A stretch of 64,000 nt of DNA from assembly GCA_977016875.1 (NCBI GenBank), contig CDRNST010000080.1:2604001-2668000 (forward strand), given 5' to 3'. Positions 60,901 through 64,000 of the stretch are shown here, one piece after another. Positions within the stretch are counted from its first letter, which is position 1. Each line of letters opens with the position of its first letter. This DNA is from Pavona decussata. Taxonomy: Eukaryota. The notes beneath the pieces are model-generated. The model worked only from the letters and a program-made list of their open reading frames with translations. It was not told where the DNA came from and ran no database searches. The translations under genes and the position numbers were made by a program.

Positions 60901-63660
60901 TCCGATGTTCAATAAATTGTGATACATTCTTCGTTCTAAATACGTGATGCCACAAATGCGCTGCACACAATGTACTTTCTTCCAAAATGCGTGACGCCAC
61001 AAATGCGCTACACATAATGTGTATTCTTCGTTCTAAATACGTGACACCACAAATGCATTACACACAATGTATATTTTTCCTTCTAAATACGTGACGCCAC
61101 AAATACGCTACACACAATGTATATTCTTCGTTCTAAATACGTGGCTCTACAAATGCGCTACACATAATGAATGTTCTTCGTTTTAAATACGTGAAGCCAG
61201 AAATGCGCTACACAGAATGTATATTCTTCGTTCTAAATACGTTACGCCACAAATGCGCTACACAGAATGTATATTCTTCGTTCTAAATACTTGACGCCAC
61301 AAATGCGTTACACATATTAAAATGTATATTCTTCGTTCTAAATGTGTAACGCCACAAATGGGCTATACATATTCTTCGTTCTAAACTGCGCAATGCTACC
61401 TTATGTCCACTCGCACAACTCGTACGAGTCGACAACTGATTGCAAAGGCCCTACTGCCTTACAAACACGAGCTGATATTTTATAAGTCTCTGTAATGAGA
61501 TGCATTTTTCTACTCGACAATTTACTTTGTCGACTCGGCAATGCTCTTGTCCACTCGCACGACGGCGTATGAGTCGACAACTGGTTGCAAGGGCTCTTCT
61601 GCCTTACAAACACGGACTTATTTTATTAAGTCTCCCTATGAGATGCATTTTTCTACTCGACAGTTTACTTTGTCGACTCGACAATGCTTCTGTCCACTCG
61701 CACGACTCGTACGAGTCGACAACTGATTGCTAGGGCTCTTCTGCCTTACAAACACGGGCTGATATTTTCCAAGTCTCCCTAATGAGATACATTTTCCACA
61801 TTCACCCCTAAAAGCAACATCATATAATTCCACTAAAATTCATTTACCTCACCACTTGCACCAAACTGACCAGTGGAACAATTGTTTCACGACTCGTACG
61901 GGTCGTAAAGGCACTTTCACGACCCGTAAAGGCACTTTCACGATCCGAACAAGTGGTGAGTATTGGACAACCTTTCTACCCTGCGAGCAGCCGTTTCTCC
62001 ACCGGGCGCTACGCTACAAAAGGGAGAGAAACCACCGCGAGCAAGTGGTCATTTCTAAGTCTCCCTCGCAGCCGTTTTTAGCTATTTTTAGTTGCGTGAC
62101 GACACTAAAAACGTCTGCGAGGGAGACGAGTAATTTTTCTTTGATTGAGCCGCTGGCCAGCGCTATGGATGAATAAATTAACTTGGAACTGGTAAGACCA
62201 GTTTAAAAACTAGTTTAGGCACTTGTGCATGCGCTTAGCCTAATAACTGCTGCGTTAAAGCGAACCTGCTGTTCAGCAGTCTTCTCAAGGTGAGTTCTCC
62301 AGGGCTTAAAATCCTCAGGGATAACTAGTCGAACACAGGAGGAGCGGGTGGCTCTTTTTCTTTTTTTGAAAGCAACGATACTACAACAATTATTTCTGTA
62401 GTAGCAAATTCAAAGAGATGAATGTTTTGGTCCCCAAATTGCACGCGTGAAAACTATTATCATGTGGTAGGCAACTCGAAAATAGCTTTCAAATTTAATG
62501 AATTCTTTCGAGCATCGATCAGTAATTTTTCCTTGTTCTACGTGTTTCAGGGATAACACTGATACTTTAATCGTTTCCATGAGATAAGAATTTGTGGAGA
62601 AATGAAAAAGTTGAAAAGTTGGTTTTGGAACAGTGAAATTAGTTCCCATCACACTTCGTTTTTAAACCGCTCGTTCGTTTCAATCGCTCCAAAATTTTGC
62701 AATTTGTACTGTATTTCCTTTTATTAACGTTTGTTTAGAGAATAGAATTATATCTGTAGGAGCAGTATTCACAGAATTATGAATTTTCAAATATTTTTAC
62801 TTGGACCGCCAAATTGCACGAGTGAAGAATTTTATGTAAGTAGCAGGCAACCCGCAAGTTGTTCGCTTACACGATTTTAATTAATATTAAAATACATTCT
62901 TAAATTCTTCACAAAAGGATAAATTGCTCTTATTCTACGTGTTTCAAGCTTAATACAGATACTTAAATCTTTCCCAAGAGGAAGCCGAAATCTTAGATGA
63001 ATTAATTATCTCCTCAATAGAGCAAAACTGTGAACTTGTTCTAACATTAGGTTTTACGTTACTCTGTGTCGCATTAAAAATACACCACCAATTAAGTTCG
63101 TACTTATTATAAAAACAAAAGTTTCCAGTTCGCGTAATAAACAATACAAAAACAAAAAAGTTTAGTCTCTTCAAGTATTCTTCCTTTGAGCGCCTCACTT
63201 TCTGAACAGCAGTTGGCCTAGCCTCCGTTGTTTCGAATAAATTAAAATCTCCAATATTTTTGCAAACAAGTGGTTTGTTGTTCACTAGGATCTTCTTCAC
63301 ACAACAAATGTGAATCACCAGAGGACTCTGGGGACAAGAATGCATTGCATATGTATCAATATTGGAGGCAATTATGAAAGGCGACGACGTTTTTTTGGCA
63401 GCGTTTACCGCGCAAATTTGGATAAAGTGGTCAAAGCGGAGCAACTTGTAGCTGAATCTTCCTCTAGTTTAGGTCAGAAATGGACTTAATAAAACAACTT
63501 GAAAAATGCAAGGATGATCGCACAGCTAGTATTTTGATAAGATTGCCCAATATTTCGGTTAGCACAAAGTAACCTTCATAAGGATTAAGAAAAGCTAAGA
63601 AACTTTAGTTGTTAAATCATAGACTCCAATGAAATTAAGACTGTTTTCTTTCCCAAGCCG

Positions 63661-63716
63661 TTAAAAGCGGGTGTCTGTGACTTCGTCAGTCTCCACGTTG
63701 ACGTTTGTTTCAGGAC
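63661..63716 (-). CDS. Terminal coding exon of a fourth MFSD12-like copy B' (rest lies beyond the window)
   Basis: Identical to 27800-27855 (GPETNVNVETDEVTDTRF*) with an AG acceptor. Flanks are collinear with 27.2-28.1 kb. Confidence 0.75.
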
Positions 63717-64000
63717 CTGTAATTAAAGACATAGTTATAAAATAAAGGAGATCACAATATATAAAGTACAGCTCACAAAAGAAAGATCCGGCTGAAGGGT
63801 TTTTGGTACTTAGACAGAATTTTGTTATTGGGTAAAATTTCCTTGAATGAGGTCACTGTTTTAAACCTTTTTATAACGACGAAGCCCGAAGTCAACCCAA
63901 AGGAACATTCCAAAAAGAACTACAAGCGTCGTTTAGAAATTTAGATCCTCTCATAACTAAAGGTACTAGCAAAATTGGATGATTACTGTTAGTAGTTGGA

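Larger units (their letters stand above)
38275..64000 (+). repeat. Segmental tandem duplication, copy 2 (runs off the window end)
   Basis: Anchors: 40371~3253, 42061~5740, 50215~8122, 56160~19027, 63900~28032. Confidence 0.93.

Overview
AT-rich, intron-containing animal DNA, most consistent with an anthozoan/stony-coral genome (inferred from gene and repeat types). It holds a head-to-tail minus-strand array of MFSD12-like (MFS_2/GPH family) transporter genes in order A-B-A'-B'. A (4928-16110) looks intact but one small exon could not be located. B (27800-35044) has 11 exons and a single in-frame TGA. A' (41096-53787) is a multiply disabled pseudogene. Only the last exon of B' (63661-63716) is in the window. 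The array is a recent ~36-37 kb tandem duplication built on an older ~18 kb monomer, so many transposon insertions can be delimited exactly against empty paralogous sites. The most unusual object is a young 5.2 kb Sola3-type DNA transposon (TTAA TSD, GAG...CTC ends, ~780 bp TIRs) inserted in an exon of A'. It has no transposase and instead carries a gag-only Ngaro/DIRS-type retroelement with split direct repeats. Those repeats contain a 45-bp-period array of hairpins with covarying stems and a nearly invariant loop. Identity values quoted are eyeball estimates.
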